Below, piece by piece: positions 1-13,037 of a stretch of 64,000 bases of DNA. Below the pieces are notes generated by a model that saw only the letters and a program-made list of their open reading frames with translations, had not been told where the DNA came from and searched no databases. The position numbers and the translations under genes were made by a program. The stretch spans positions 49,600,001 to 49,664,000 of the forward strand of contig OZ024750.1 in assembly GCA_964016885.1 (NCBI GenBank), written 5' to 3'. This stretch comes from Eledone cirrhosa. Lineage: Eukaryota. How positions within the stretch are numbered: position 1 is the first letter of the stretch; each line of letters begins with the position of its first letter.

Positions 1-21
1 CTGCAACATCATCAGTGGTAC
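1..21 (-). ncRNA. 5' half of a hammerhead ribozyme in the PLE 3' repeat (continues beyond window edge)
   Basis: Minus strand reads ..tacca CTGATGA tgttgcag. The homologous copy at 14885-14930 reads CTGACGA-stem II (ttgca/tgcaa)-AAAA. Confidence 0.5.
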
Positions 22-1271
22 TATTATCATATTTCCCCTGCTGTATTGTATGTATTGTAAGTCTATGCCTTTTTTTATTTTATCTATTTATTTATGTATT
101 TATCTTTGTCTTCGTCTCAGCACATGCGTTTGCCAGTGTATAGTGTTTTGTGTGGGTCTTCGCCCTTGCGTAACTGTATTTTGGTTATTGTATTCTATCT
201 TAGTTTAATAGTGTGTGTTTATATGTGTTTGTTGTTATTGTGTTTTTGTATATATGTATTTATTTATTTATAATTATCTTAAGTCAGTATTGGTTGTTTG
301 GGTGTTGTTATTATATTCATTATTTTCTGTTTAGCTTTGGCTTTCTAAGCCATATATCGCTTGCTTCTCTGATTTGCCTACCTGTTGGGTCATTTCTTTG
401 TTTAGATATTATTTTAATTTCTATGTTGCCTATGTTACCATCATGTTGTTTTCTGGCGTGTTCGTATAGTACTGAACCGTTTTCTTGTCCTTTTAATTTC
501 CCCAGTGCTGGTCAATTCTTTCTCCTATGCTTCGACCTGTCACACCTATGTATGTCGTTGTCATGTTTCTGCAAGTACCCTCTGTACATATTATGCTATA
601 GACTACATTTCAAGTTTTACAGTTTATCTGGATTTTTACTTTACATATATCACATTTCTTATTAGTACAGGGGGTTTTCTTAAAAGGGTGTTTTGCGGAT
701 CAGTTATTCTATGGTAATTCCTGGCTTTTCTACCACTTTAATCTTTAAATGGGTCTCTCTTAGGGCCTTTCTACATTGGTCAGCTAATTTCCCTTCATGT
801 GTAACATCCATGACGCTCTTGTATCTCTGGTTGTCGTACCATGATGTGGTTTTCCCTATCTTATATTTAGTCCTATCTAAGTTATTCCATGATTTGCTCC
901 TGTATAATGAGCAAATTCCTTTCATGTCCAGTTATATGAGGGTCTTATGCTTCTCCTCGGCTCCTCTGTATACTCTGATTCTTTCTCATTAGTTGTAGCC
1001 AGAGAACTGCATGCGGTTGATTAAGTGTTGGATGTGTCTTTCCATTTCTGTTGGGTCGCACATGCGGGACACATTCTTCATCACTCGTACCAAATCTGCG
1101 ATCAGTGTATGAAAGTTAGCTCTACTGAACATTGCTGAGTCTTTTAGTATCAGGTATTTGGAGGCCATGCGTTTAGCATAGTTTGAGTGGAGATGTGGGC
1201 CCTCTCGTCTATAGTTTTAATCCAGAATAGACTATCTATATTAGACACGGAACTCTGGATTAACACTATAG
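1..1271 (-). mobile_element. Penelope-like element fragment (RT C-terminus + GIY-YIG endonuclease + 3' repeat), Nematis-like, decayed
   Basis: Minus-strand translation across frameshifts gives HSNYAKRMASKYLI..SAM, RMQFSGYN, LYRSKSW, IKVVEKPG, CKLENVVYSIICTEGTC..TYIGVTGRSIGERIDQHW and RQIREAS..KPKLNRK* (ends near 320). Homologous to 27250-28174. The clade name is inference. Confidence 0.85.
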
Positions 1272-1603
1272 CAGAAATCTTAGTGCATAAATATTATGCT
1301 CACTTTAGTAAGGACATGAGTTCGATTGCACGCGGTGCGATGCTTCACTCCACTCAACCTGCGAAAAGGATTTGTATTTGTAATTTAAATGACCAGACAA
1401 CATTGAGGGATTCTCTGTCACGCTATATTTCCCTGGGTACTAGCTTTAGCTGACATATGTCTGTGTTACGCTAAGTAACATGTTAATTTCAGAAGCAGAC
1501 TCTCCCCTGTACAAACAAATTGACCATTGATTGGCGAAAAAGACGGTGGACGATTCCATAGGTTGATAATAGTTCTAAATTAGAAGGTTATAGATAAACA
1601 AAG

Positions 1604-1760
1604 TGAAGGCGTGGGGCTGATTGTTTAGAGAACTGGATTCGCAATCGTGAGGTTGTCAGTTCGTTTCCAGAACCGGGCGATGCGTTATGTTCTTGAGCAA
1701 GACACTTTATTTCACGTTGCTCCGTCTACCTAGAGTTGCGACTGATAGATAGTACTATCA
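1604..1760 (+). mobile_element. tRNA-derived SINE (family B), 5' part
   Basis: tRNA-like head (ggcgtggggctgattgtttag..gttcgtttcc) followed by gttcttgagcaagacactttatttcacgttgctcc. Related pieces at about 2330-2580, 36480-36600, 37985-38310, 39410-39590 and 59850-60133. Confidence 0.7.
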
Positions 1761-2976
1761 ATTGGGAAGACCAATGGAAACACTGTTTCCTCGTTCCGAT
1801 TTGACGAAAGTCGATCGACAAAAAAAACAAAAAAAAAATAGATAAACAATTAACATAATTTTAGCGTCTCGTTATTGTGTGGTTTAATCCGTGAATGGTT
1901 CATCTAAAGAAACATATTAGGAAGGATGTGGGTTTTTAAACTAATTAACAGAATAATACCATGAGCATGATTAAAGCCATTAATTAGCTGAATAACACTT
2001 TTAATCATATTACGATCTAGCATTGTCATTCACACTTTACACATCTAATTGGTTTTCTTGGGATTAATTATTTATACTGCCACATACTGTATCACATACT
2101 GTATCACATCTATATAAGGTTAACATACTATATTCTCATGGCATTTCGACCTTCGGGTTCATAATAAATTTCTACTGGATACATTTCCTTATAATCTTAA
2201 ATAACACGTATTTATGCAAATGATTTATTCCCTTCGTAAATGCAGTATGGCGGAATAATTCAGAAATGTTCTTCTCATTCCTGGCGTCCTGTGTTCAGTT
2301 CTACTGAATGTCATCTAACACAAGTATTATTTATGAAGTTGAGAGCTCGGTCGCATATGTGTACGCGACATTTTGTGGAGGGTAAATGTATAGAAGCTCA
2401 CCGGATTGCCTGTGACTGTATTTCAAAGATCCAGCCTTGCCTCAAACAGTAAAAAGCTGAAACCTCCAACGGATTTCGTTAAGACTACACGTGTCTGTGT
2501 AATGTACAGTCATGTACAGTCATGTACATGTTAATTGCATGACAAGACTATTTGATTGATCGTATAACTGGAACAATTACCGACTTATATTCCATTTTCC
2601 TCCTTTATATGCGCCCTTAAAATAATTTCAGAAATTAAATGAAGTGTTTAGTTGTCGGACTTAATACGTTACGCATGACACGCAGAGGCTGGACTGTGCA
2701 AGCTCACAATGTTCTTGAATAAAATGTTTATATTTTACCCATGCTGACTAGTCAACCTCAGCACAGTCATTCGGACTTCCAGAAACAATAGTCACATTTC
2801 TTTCAAATTGCAGTATACCATATTTCAATAGGAAGGTCCTTTTAGATAATATTGTCCACGAAATTAAAATGATGATGAACAGGGCTGGAAATATGATGAA
2901 TAGGCCTTTTAAATATGTACGTTCGTGCGGTTAAACAATAATAATAATAATGACAACAACAACAATAATAATAATG

Positions 2977-3180
2977 GTTTCTTATATAGGCACAAGGCCA
3001 GCTATTTTGAGGGAGTGGAACGCCGATTAAATCGACCTCAGCGGGTGACTGGTACTTTATTTTATCGACCCCGTAAGGATGAAAGGCAAAGTTAACCTCG
3101 GCGGGATTTGAACTCAGATCATAAAGGGCCGTAACTATTTGCTGCAAAGCATGGCGTCCGATCCTCTGCCGATACTGCCA
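2977..3180 (-). mobile_element. tRNA-derived SINE (family A, octopod-type) with (TTA/TTG)n tail
   Basis: ggcacaaggccagc..ctggtactttattttatcgaccccgtaaggatgaaaggcaaagttaacctcggcgggatttgaactcag. B-box gttcaaatcc on the minus strand. Many copies in the window. Confidence 0.9.
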
Positions 3181-3189
3181 AATAATAAC

Positions 3190-4549
3190 AGGACGTACTA
3201 TGGATATAATGTAGACAATGCACACGACAGTCAGCTAGTTTATATGGATGATATAATGCTGGAAGGTTTACTACACACAGTGAAACATTTCCGTGATGAC
3301 ATCCCTGTGAAATTTAGACTGGACAAGTGTACAAAAGCCTCATTCAAAACAAGGTTGCTCTCTAACGATCAATATAGTGTAATAGACGAACAGGCCACCA
3401 TATACCAACTTAACAATGAAGAGTTCTACAAATATATTGGAATTAATGAAGGAGATGGAATCCAGTGTGCAATTATGAAGGAACAGATAAGGAAGGAATA
3501 CATAAGTTGAGTGAGACTGGTAACATATAGTGAGCTAAACACTAGCAGTCCTTGTTGTAACATACAGCTTTAATATCATAAACTGGAAGCTGCATACAAA
3601 ACAGCAGCCATTGGATTGGATAGCTACCTCCTCCACACCCGTGATGAAATGATTAAAAAAACAACACTCAGTAACCAGAGGCAAGATATTTCCGGCAAAA
3701 ACTGATCATGGAACAATACATACCCATAGGAAATCAACAAATGTGCTGCACAGCTAGCTACGACTGTGAAGATGAAAGCACAGAAACTCCAACCAGAGGA
3801 ACTAAGCCGTGAATGGAAAGCTAAACGACTACATGGTAGATTCCCAGAACGACGTTCTGACAATAATATCGATCAGCAAGGCTCACTATCCTGGATCAGA
3901 AGTGCTGGTTTGAAAGCAGAGACTGGGGGACTGCTAGTTACTGAACAAAAGACCAATCTTAAAAACACTCGAGCCTACAGACACATACTAGTGAAAGATG
4001 TGACTAGTCCTCTATGTAGAAGATGTTAGAAACATGAAGAAATGGTAGATCAGTTTATCTCCAGGATTCCAGAGCGGCAAAAACTGATTATATAGAAAGA
4101 AACAATAGCATTGATGCTTACCACTCTCGTTTCATCGAAACATCTAATAAATGGGATGAATATCAACTGAAAACAATCATGGAAAAGGCCAGAAAATCCA
4201 TCTTGTGGGATATGTTTGAGATAACCGACCGAGAAAACGCTGCCAACAGACCAAATATTATTATAGAAAACAAAATAGATCGGATATGTAGCCTTATAGA
4301 TGTTTCCGTCCCAGCTGACAAGAATACATCTGTAAAAACAATGGAAAGACTGTCAAAATACAAAGACTTGGAAATATAGATATAGAGGTTCGCCACAAAC
4401 ACTATCCCTGTTGTAATAGGAGCATTAGGATTAAAATACCCAAATCACCAGACCTGTACCTTAGCATCATTCCCTGTAATATATGAGGTACAGAATATGG
4501 CGCTACTAAGAACAGCACACATTCTCAGACGAGTTATATCTCTACAATG
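3190..4549 (+). mobile_element. R4/Dong-type non-LTR retrotransposon, 5'-truncated, decayed
   Basis: YMDD, FRLDKC, YKYIG, GLKAETGG, CRRC..H zinc knuckle, restriction-like endonuclease motif NRPNII..IDVSVP..KYKDL and PVVIGALG. Multiple stops and frameshifts. Confidence 0.9.
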
Positions 4550-4569
4550 AAAACCTCTATTGGCCCGGT

Positions 4570-5535
4570 TCAATAAATGGCACCATCACGGTGACGCCGT
4601 CGGCACAATTTGACACGTTCGGGTGGGATGCCTCTCAACGTCTCTAGTCTGTGCAGTAATGGCTCTAGAGACAATATATACGAAAGGGACGAGAAAGGAA
4701 AACCTTGGTGGACAAAGCGCATGATATTGAACAGTTCCGAAAGGTCACCGTTCACACTCACCACAAACCATAAGTCTCTATGCGTAGCAGCGATCGACCC
4801 ATTGTAAAGGAGCCCAAAGCCGGCCGAGCTGAGGACGACAACCAGATATTTATGGTCGAGCCGATCGAATGCTTTCGATTGATCTAAATAAATCAGGGTG
4901 TCCCCCATGCCAGGTTACAGAGCTAACCCCTCCACCATGTAAAACATGAGTTGGCAGATGTCATGGATGGATCTGTCTGGAATGGCGCATGCCTGTGCCT
5001 CTCCCACTAGACCGCCGACAATATGCGCCAACCTCCTGGCTAATACCTTTGCCAAAGTTTCAATCCCTGCATTCATCAGTTTTATGGACCCTCAAATGTT
5101 CTACGTTGCCCCCATTTTTCGGGTCTTTTCTCGGCAGCATTACCGCTCCACGCCTCACTGAACTGGGAATCCTCTCGATGCTGCAAGATGCATAAGACGT
5201 CTGCCAAGAGATCACCAAACGAGTATGGCTTATAAACGTAAAGTGTTTAGGGCAGACTATTCAAACAAGGTAATTTACACGCAACCGTCATTTCTTCCCT
5301 TACCTCAGCGTTGTTATCGTCCTTTCGAAGCAATCCGCCCCCGAGAGCCCCGGCAGACCGTCGGGGTAGGGACCAAAAACCATTCATCGATACGGCCCGC
5401 TACTGCTCCCGAACTGTTGAGTGAAGTACTGCTGAAAGGCCGCACACATCTACTCAGGATAGACTAACACTCGCCGGTCATGATAGGCCAAAGATCGGAT
5501 GGTGGATTTGTCGTTCCCCGTGCATCCTCCACCCG
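4570..5535 (-). mobile_element. L1/Tx1-clade RT fragment, decayed
   Basis: LDQSKAFDRLDH..SVNG.LSE.F....VHQGFPFSSLSYILSLEPLL resembles the L1/Tx1 DxxKAFDR and QGCPLSPLLY..LEPL motifs. Locally higher GC. Confidence 0.75.
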
Positions 5536-5539
5536 AGAT

Positions 5540-7345
5540 CAATGAACAGCTTTTGACAGATGAAACAAAAATTAAGGATAGCAAGAGGAGGAAAACCAAC
5601 TTGACCATATCATGGATTGATTACCGCAAACTGTATGACTTGATTCCACACTCTTGGATTATGGAATGTGTTAACTTATTTGGTATTGCATCAAATGTTG
5701 AGCCATTCTTAAGGAAAAGTATGAAGGAGTGGAAGACTGAACTGACAGCAAATTTAGGTACAATAGAATTCAAGAGAGGTATATCAATTTAGGTACAATA
5801 GAATTCAAGAGAGGTATATTCCAAAGGGACATCGTGTCAGCACTGATGTTTGCACTGTGCATGATACCACTGTCAATAATCTTGGGAAAAGATAAGACAG
5901 TATGAATTCAAAGTTCGCCAGCAAAAAAATCAAAAAAAATTAAGCACATATTATTCATGGTATGAATGAATCCCAACTTGTTACGCTCGCTCATTCATAC
6001 TGTATATACATTTAGTGTTGACATCAGAATGGAGTTCGGATTAAGAAAGTGGTGTGTTAATATTGAACGGAGGCAAACATAAAAAGCTTCGAGGGGTTGG
6101 TGCTGCCATCAGGAAAGGTTATGAAGCAAATAAGAGAGTAAGGTTATAAATACTTAGGGATATTGGAAGTTGATAGGATAATGCAGGAGGAAATGAAAGA
6201 AACATTTAGGGTGGTATACAAGTGCCAACTGTACTTATTCCGAAGTCAGAACTGAATGGACGAAATAGGATGGAAGCTATCAGTACATGAGTACTGCTCA
6301 AGAACAAATATTAAGAACTAATTACATCAAGCGCAGAGTAGAACACACAACAGAAAGTGATAAGCGATAAGTTTTTTTCTTTCAAGGGACAGGCATTTGA
6401 AATACATGTGTTTATTTATTTATTCATAACTAAAACGCCCGTGGTATCTAATGCACTCTTTAGTTAAAAAACAAAAACGTGAAAGAGAGGCAAAAGAAGA
6501 AATAGATAAAAATAGATAAAAAAAACAAAGCAGCTATAAGATTATGTAGCGTACAAAAATGAAATTATAACGTGATCCATATAACAGGTACAATGTGTCC
6601 GAACACGGAAAAGCGGAACTCCCACTGTCATAACCCCCATTTCTCTCGTCCTCCCCACCTCTCTGTATAGTGAGCAAATGGGGGTCCCGCGTGCTGGCCG
6701 CCCCACAGCCCCGGCGGACAGAATTGGAGAAGGCGTTTCACCGGAGGATGGTAAAGGAGATGCGCGGGAAGAGCCATTATGAATGGAGAAACCGTATGGT
6801 GTATTACTAGTTAATGTACACCTTTAGCTCAGAAAGAATATAAGGGACGTCCCAAAAACATTGCAAGGATAGTCCATTGGGCACTTTGTGGCAAATGTGC
6901 ATTTGACCCAGCAGAAAAGTGGTATGAACATAGCTCTGAGGGCGTTATAGAAAATGTTGATGCAAAGATCCTGTTTGACTTTGAGATAGAGTGGCCATGA
7001 GAATAGGCATTAGATATCAGATATTGTATTAGTTGAGAAAGAAATCAATGTTGGATCTTAGATTTAGCCTGTCCATGTGGTAACAAGGTAGGCGATAGAC
7101 ATGACAGGTTAGCAGTTTAAGTAGTTTTGACACTGAAAGGGGGTGGTAATATCAAAAATAGTTGGACCTTTGGGAACAGTGAGTAAAGTTGTTGAGAAAT
7201 ATATATAACAAATAGGCATTGCAATATGGATGGAACACTTACAAACATCAGCATTGATTGGAACAGCTCGAATACTATGGAAGGTACTCGAAATATAAGG
7301 GGTGTTATACAGATAGTGAACTGCTAACACTGTAAGCTGAGCGAA
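5540..7345 (+). mobile_element. Second R4/Dong-type LINE, decayed, interrupted at about 6372-6775 and followed by (CAA)n
   Basis: WIDYRKLYDLIPHSWI, RGIFQ, EFGL.K, YKYLG, then CTPLAQKEYK..HWALC and a decayed endonuclease C-terminus. A 35-bp tandem duplication at 5751-5819. Confidence 0.85.
6372..6775 (-). mobile_element. Insertion inside the Dong element, probably the 3' UTR/tail of another LINE
   Basis: Splits the Dong zinc-knuckle region (..ESDK / NGETVW..). Begins with a T-run and ends in a GC-rich segment unrelated to Dong. Confidence 0.5.
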
Positions 7346-7346
7346 A

Positions 7347-7347
7347 A

Positions 7348-7390
<43 letters not shown>

Positions 7391-7420
7391 GCAACAACAA
7401 CCACAACAGCGGAAACAGCA
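7347..7420. repeat. (CAA)n microsatellite
   Basis: Direct reading. Confidence 0.95.
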
Positions 7421-8529
7421 ACCATAATAAAGAGAAGAAAAATAAAAACGACAACATCACATTTAGTACCTAGATGAAATACTAGGCTGTTTATATTTTC
7501 CATACATTTTCCAACCCACTAGAAAAGAGAACATTTCGTTTATATCCTTCGTTATCTTCTCCTGGTTTACATATAAATCAATACTTGAGCTGCTGCTGTC
7601 TATACAGCAGCAATGTTCATGGATCGGCTGACTTAAGAAGTATTCAGCACATATCTGATGTCGCTGGTGTAGTGAGCAATCTTTAGTGCTAACTGGCCTT
7701 ACACTTTTACTGTTGCGTAATGGAGAAGCAATGGTTGCGGAATAACAGGAATACAGAACACCGTATGGTATTTCGTTAAGGATTTGCACATTCTATATAA
7801 TTATATTCTATATAATTATATGTTGTACAGAGTGGAATGACCAAACGAAAGCAAAGTATCTACGTGATCGAATTAGCTGCCAAATATAGCAGCCAGATTT
7901 ACACGTTGCATCCATACATTCTTAAAATAGGAAGATCCAGTTGGATATACGCTGTTTGTATTGCCTTTGAACATGCATCGACTCAGCTGGAGTTGAAATG
8001 ATGTTCATAATCTACACGACAATAGAAATGTTAATTAATAGTAATTATCAGATGCGAAACCATCTAAAATAATGAGGCAGGTGAGGTGGAATATGCTGCA
8101 CTCTAGGAAATCGAATGAAAATACATTTAACATAGCAATGGAATTATATTAAACCTGTGATATAGAATATAAAAGCTACGAATATCTCTGGGAATCGAAC
8201 ATATACTGATAACCTCGTGGTCCTATTTTTATTCGTCTATTTGAACTTCCAGGACGTTGGAGCTGCAAAAGAAATAATCTGCTCCAACTCCGTGTTAGCA
8301 CTTTTTTTATTAATTGAAACGAGGAAATCCTCAACAATAAAAGTAAGCGTACTAAGCAGTATATATGTCCCTGACACTACGGGACATCTCCTGTGAGACA
8401 CTAAATGTCCGGTTTGTAATCGGGGCATAGTCCTATCCAAGCACACGTTATTAAATCTTGCAGCCAATCGTCTTCGACAGTGAATGATTGACGCCGTCCA
8501 ATAAATATTATAATACAAAATAAGAAATA

Positions 8530-10640
8530 TATTTTCTAAGCTATACTAAGAAAAATAATGAGGTTTTTTGGTTATTAACTTCAAAATGTTTGCAAAAAGA
8601 AAAGCAGTATGACTACAGGACGGAAATATAGTGTGTGTATGTGTGTATGCGTGTGTGTGCTGGTCTCTGTGTTTTACGTGTAAACACATTTTAACAAGGT
8701 TAAAAAGAGTGATAATAAAATTAAAACAAAAGCTCCTCAATAGGGTGGAGTTGTTTGAGTTTAATCCATGGAATAAAAACCTCCATAAAACCACGGATGC
8801 CCTTATCTTTAGGGTAAGTGCCCTGTAACAGTTGTACTCATCCAATCTACGGGCGCACACTCAGAGCGGACCCATTCACTTGAGCCATGTTCGCTTCTCA
8901 CACACCTTTCAACATATTGCGTTAAAGGCAGCACTTCTCTCTCTCCACCCTGATATTGATTCTCAGGTGAAACCTGAAAAAGTTAATCACATCTTTCCAG
9001 CGTGTCCACGACACAACATCATTCGCCATGGCCACAAGGCATATAAAAACGGCCTGCCTTCCTTGACTAAACATTGGCGGCGGGACAATCTTCACGATGG
9101 ATACCGTCGATAACCAAATGTGTCCTGCACGCGACGGCAATGCTCGGGAACTGGACGACTGCGTGCAGGACGATTTCGTCGCCATGTGCGCATGTAGGAC
9201 AGATCCGGGTGACACCACTTCCATGTCTGTAGAGTTTATTTAGGACTGGCATCAGCTCCTCAGTGGTACTGCTAGGCGAGATATCTCTGGAAATTATCCA
9301 TGTGACCTGGACCGTTTGTCCCAACACCCCCCACCCTAAAGACTGGTTAGCTGCAAATCTCTCCCTAATGTTATATAAGTTTTTATTGGAATCCATACTA
9401 ACCACAGTGTTTGGAGCACTTAGAGGATGCAGCTGTCAAACATCGCTCCCTCTTTCTCAATGTCTTGACCTCGTGTTACAAGGGTTTTTGGGTGTGTCTG
9501 TCGTTGGTGGTATATGCGTGTGTTTTCTTTTGTTTGGCATGATTTGACTGTGTTGTTAACGATTGTGGAGTTGGTGATGCTGTGGGGGGATGTGTTTTGT
9601 ATGCAAGTTGGTGCGTGTGGAGCTGAATTTGTCTTTCTTCTTTTTCTGCGTTTTTTAGTTTTGTTTTTTAGATGTTTGTGGATTCCCCTCATTTTCACTG
9701 AGAGTTGTGGAGGTATTGATGTATGGGGACTGTGTCAGGGGGAGTGGGAGTATGTTTACAGGTGTGGGAGAATTTGCTTCGAGTAACTTTGAAAGAGGCG
9801 GAGAGGAAGAGTTTGTTTGGGCGACAACCTGGATGGTTTTAATTGTCCTTGTTGTTGTTGCTGTTTTTGATCTTGTTGCTAATGGTACTGTTTCGTTTAC
9901 TGTTGCTGTTGTTGGAGCTGGTATTTTCCCTCGACCTGGCACGGTTGCTGGCAACAATGCAGGTTTGTGCCCTCTTGCAGTTTTCAGTTGGCGGAAAAGG
10001 TTTGGTAGGTGTGTAGCTACACCACATACGAAATAATTCAGCCTTTTCCCTCGTTGACCATCAGGATTTCATAACCGTCCGATAATTTGATGTGATTTGA
10101 GATGTTCTTCATGTCTTCAGGTCTGATTTGGAGGATAATCTTCAAACCAGTCTCTGACCAGTATCTCTCTGTGTGACCTTGACATCGAATAGAATGTCAG
10201 GGCCCGCTGAGCCTTGCATTTCAGGAGCCAATATAAGTCCTGTCACGGCGGATTCCTGGGCACACGGACGCTTACTATCCTCTTCCCCATGTTGGACGCA
10301 TATATCTAATTATTTGATCCCTTTTGTAGGGGACCACATCATGCTTTGATACAAGGGCCTTCGTTCTGAAGAGCACCAAGGTGTTGCCAAATTGTATGGC
10401 ACTTATTGTTTATATACACATTGTTGATGCATTTCAGTACCACCTCAACCTGCCCTTCAGAGGCTGTCTCAGCATTTTGTCATTTTAGTTAAATGTATCT
10501 ATATTTCAATGTTCTCCTCTCTTTTGCTGCCATCACCTCTTCCGGGACGTTATGTTGGCCCAAGTTTTATCTCTAGTTATAATATTTTCTGCCTGGGTCA
10601 AAAGTTCTTTCTTCTCTGTTAAATCAACATTTTGATAGAT
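8530..10640 (-). mobile_element. L1/Tx1-like element remnant: ORF1-like region joined to the ORF2 C-terminal zinc finger and 3' UTR
   Basis: RICPTCAHGDEIVLHAVVQ.P (CxxC..H..C-type C-terminal zinc finger) and FICLVAMA..VV.WTRW..FFRFHLR..IRVER. Upstream there is a decayed knuckle (F.CG...HL) and a Thr/Asn-rich low-complexity region. No RT or EN motifs seen in between. Confidence 0.55.
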
Positions 10641-10674
10641 TTGAGATTTTGCAGCTGTGAGTGCCAAAATAATC

Positions 10675-10910
10675 TTGTTGTTCACGTTGTTGTTGCTGCT
10701 GGTAAGTGTTGTCGTTGTTTGTATTGTTGTTGGTAGTCTTCATGTTTGTGTTGGTTTCATTGTGGTTGCTGTTGTTGCTGCCGTTGTTGCCGCGGTTGCT
10801 TCTGCCGTTCTTGTTATCGTTGCTGCTGATGCTGTCGCCGCTGCTTCTACTTTTTTCTGGTGACAGTGGCGTTGTTATTGATGTTTGTAGTAGTAATGGT
10901 GGTAGTGATG
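10675..10910. repeat. Degenerate (GTT/GCT/GGT)n low-complexity tract
   Basis: Direct reading. Explains the overlapping spurious ORFs here. Confidence 0.85.
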
Positions 10911-12244
10911 AAGACATTGTTGATATTTCTCATCCGAGCACCGCCCGAATCATATCCGTGATGTACCCTCTTTTCCCGCCTTGGCAGTAGCTTGAGTACG
11001 GTGTACCGCCCATTTTGTTTTACAAAAAAAAAACAAAAAAACAAAAAACATTTATCGTACAATTTCAAATTGAAAGTTCACATATTTCTTGCAGAGTCCA
11101 TTCTTCGGGACAAACACTGAGGCCTTATACTCCTTTTTTAAGGAAAATGTTAAACAAAAATAAATAAATTGATGTACACAACAAAACCTTATGAGCGTAA
11201 ACAACCATGGCGTAACGTTCAGAGACAAATAATAATAACAATATTAATATTTCAGTATACAAACTGTTTAATATAAATTCTATTCCGTATGCTGGCATCC
11301 TGTGCCTTATTATTCCGTGTCCAAATATAACATCATCTACTTATCTGTAAATCTAAAGCTATTTATGAAGACGGCATGCAGCCCATCAAATATATTTCAC
11401 ATAGGAACATGACTGGATTTATTCTTAAATAATTACACTATTAATATAAATCCTATCTTTGATGTGGGCCGTAGATTACCAATATAAGCCAGCATGAATA
11501 GAAATAAAGGTGGAAGAAAATAAAACTGAATCTTCGGAGTCTTCAAAGTAAACGTCATTTACAGAACGTACGCTTTCAACTATAATCTATATAAAATTAT
11601 TTATGTTCTTCATGAATATTTCACAATAGAATTAATCCGGCTTTGATACTTAAAAGATTGTGCAACAGGGAAGTTATTTATTGTTGCTATTTTAATGAAA
11701 TGTGTATTATATTTATCACATTTTTTCATGATGTGATAAATATCTGAAATTAGTATTGTGTTATTGTTTATTACATTACTGCCTTCTACCCGAACAATGA
11801 ATAGAAATTCTGTAAAAAAGACCATGCGTCTTATGACCTACTAGATATAGGAGGTAAATATCCATGAATACACATACTAAAATAATAACAATGTAATATT
11901 TTATTGAATTGTTTGCAAAATGTATTGTTCTGCATATGCCAGGAACTGTATGCATGTGTAATAAAACTTAAACCAGAGCCGGCCAATGAATTACGATTGA
12001 AAATCAGTGAACGAAACTGTTCGATCTCCCATCAGATTGACTGTCATTCAAATGATTCGTCTTTTCAAAATGCGTGTCTTGGTCAATCACCCTAGGATAT
12101 ATGTTAAGGATGTATTTATCTGGGGAATGCTCAGTCACGTTCAAGTAAATTTCAAGGAGCAGGTTATCCCGTTCATTACTTGAATCAAGAGCAGCATTTG
12201 CTATAGTAGACAACGGAGTCCAATCAAACACACACACACACATA

Positions 12245-12950
12245 TACATATATGAATGTATATATAGTGTAATTGGTCATTCACTGTATGCTTCAAAGCA
12301 TTTTGAAGAACTTACGCTATTGTTTTAAAGTAATGAGTGTGTCACATGTCACTTACTTCTTTTTTCAACAAACAAAGGGAGATGAGATGACAGATCTCTG
12401 TTCATACTGTTGGTATTCCTCTGAGCTTAGCACTCCCCTTGTTTGTTGAACGTTATGAATGTTGGATTATTATCGAATTCCAGTAATAATCAGGAACTGA
12501 TTATACAGATCGGTTGCCGGTCAAGCAGAACTTGAAAATGAGAATTGGTGCTCTGAAATTAGTGACTATGTCACTTACTTCATTTTTCAACAAACAAAGG
12601 GAGATAGCTGACAGATCTATGTTTCATACTGTTAGATTCATATATAATTCCAGTAATAATCAGGAACTGATGATACAGGGCGGTTGCCGTCCAGGAATTC
12701 CTGATTATTACTGGAATTCTATAAGAATCCAACATTCATAATTTTCAACAAAGAAGGGGAGTGCTAAGCTCTGAGGAATACCAACAGTATGAAACAGAGA
12801 TCTGTAAGCCTTATCTCCCTTTGTTTGTTGAAAAAAGAAGTAAATGACGTAGTCACTAATTTAAAACAATAGCGTAAGGTCTGAAAAATGCTGTTAATTA
12901 AGCATACAGTGTATTACCAAATACACTATATATACATTCATATATACATC
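12245..12950. mobile_element. Non-coding fold-back element carrying opposed hammerhead motifs (PLE pLTR-like)
   Basis: Arms of about 250 bp (12245-12495 and 12697-12950) are imperfect reverse complements, with a third partial copy at 12560-12690. Homologous to 28236-28930. Flanked by TA-rich repeats. Confidence 0.75.
12765..12813 (+). ncRNA. Type I hammerhead ribozyme, intact core
   Basis: taagct-CTGAGGA-atac(caaca)gtat-GAAA-cag(agat)ctg-TA-agcctta. Stem I can extend by pairing ttttcaacaaagaagggga with ctccctttgtttgttgaaaa. Confidence 0.8.
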
Positions 12951-12972
12951 GCTATACAGAGCACCAATTCTA

Positions 12973-13037
<65 letters not shown>

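Noticed and set aside
11900-12230. Unique-looking non-repetitive segments (also 8230-8500, 51000-51130, 56890-57120) as enhancers or exons
   Set aside because: Nothing diagnostic in the sequence alone; this would need cross-species conservation or expression data.
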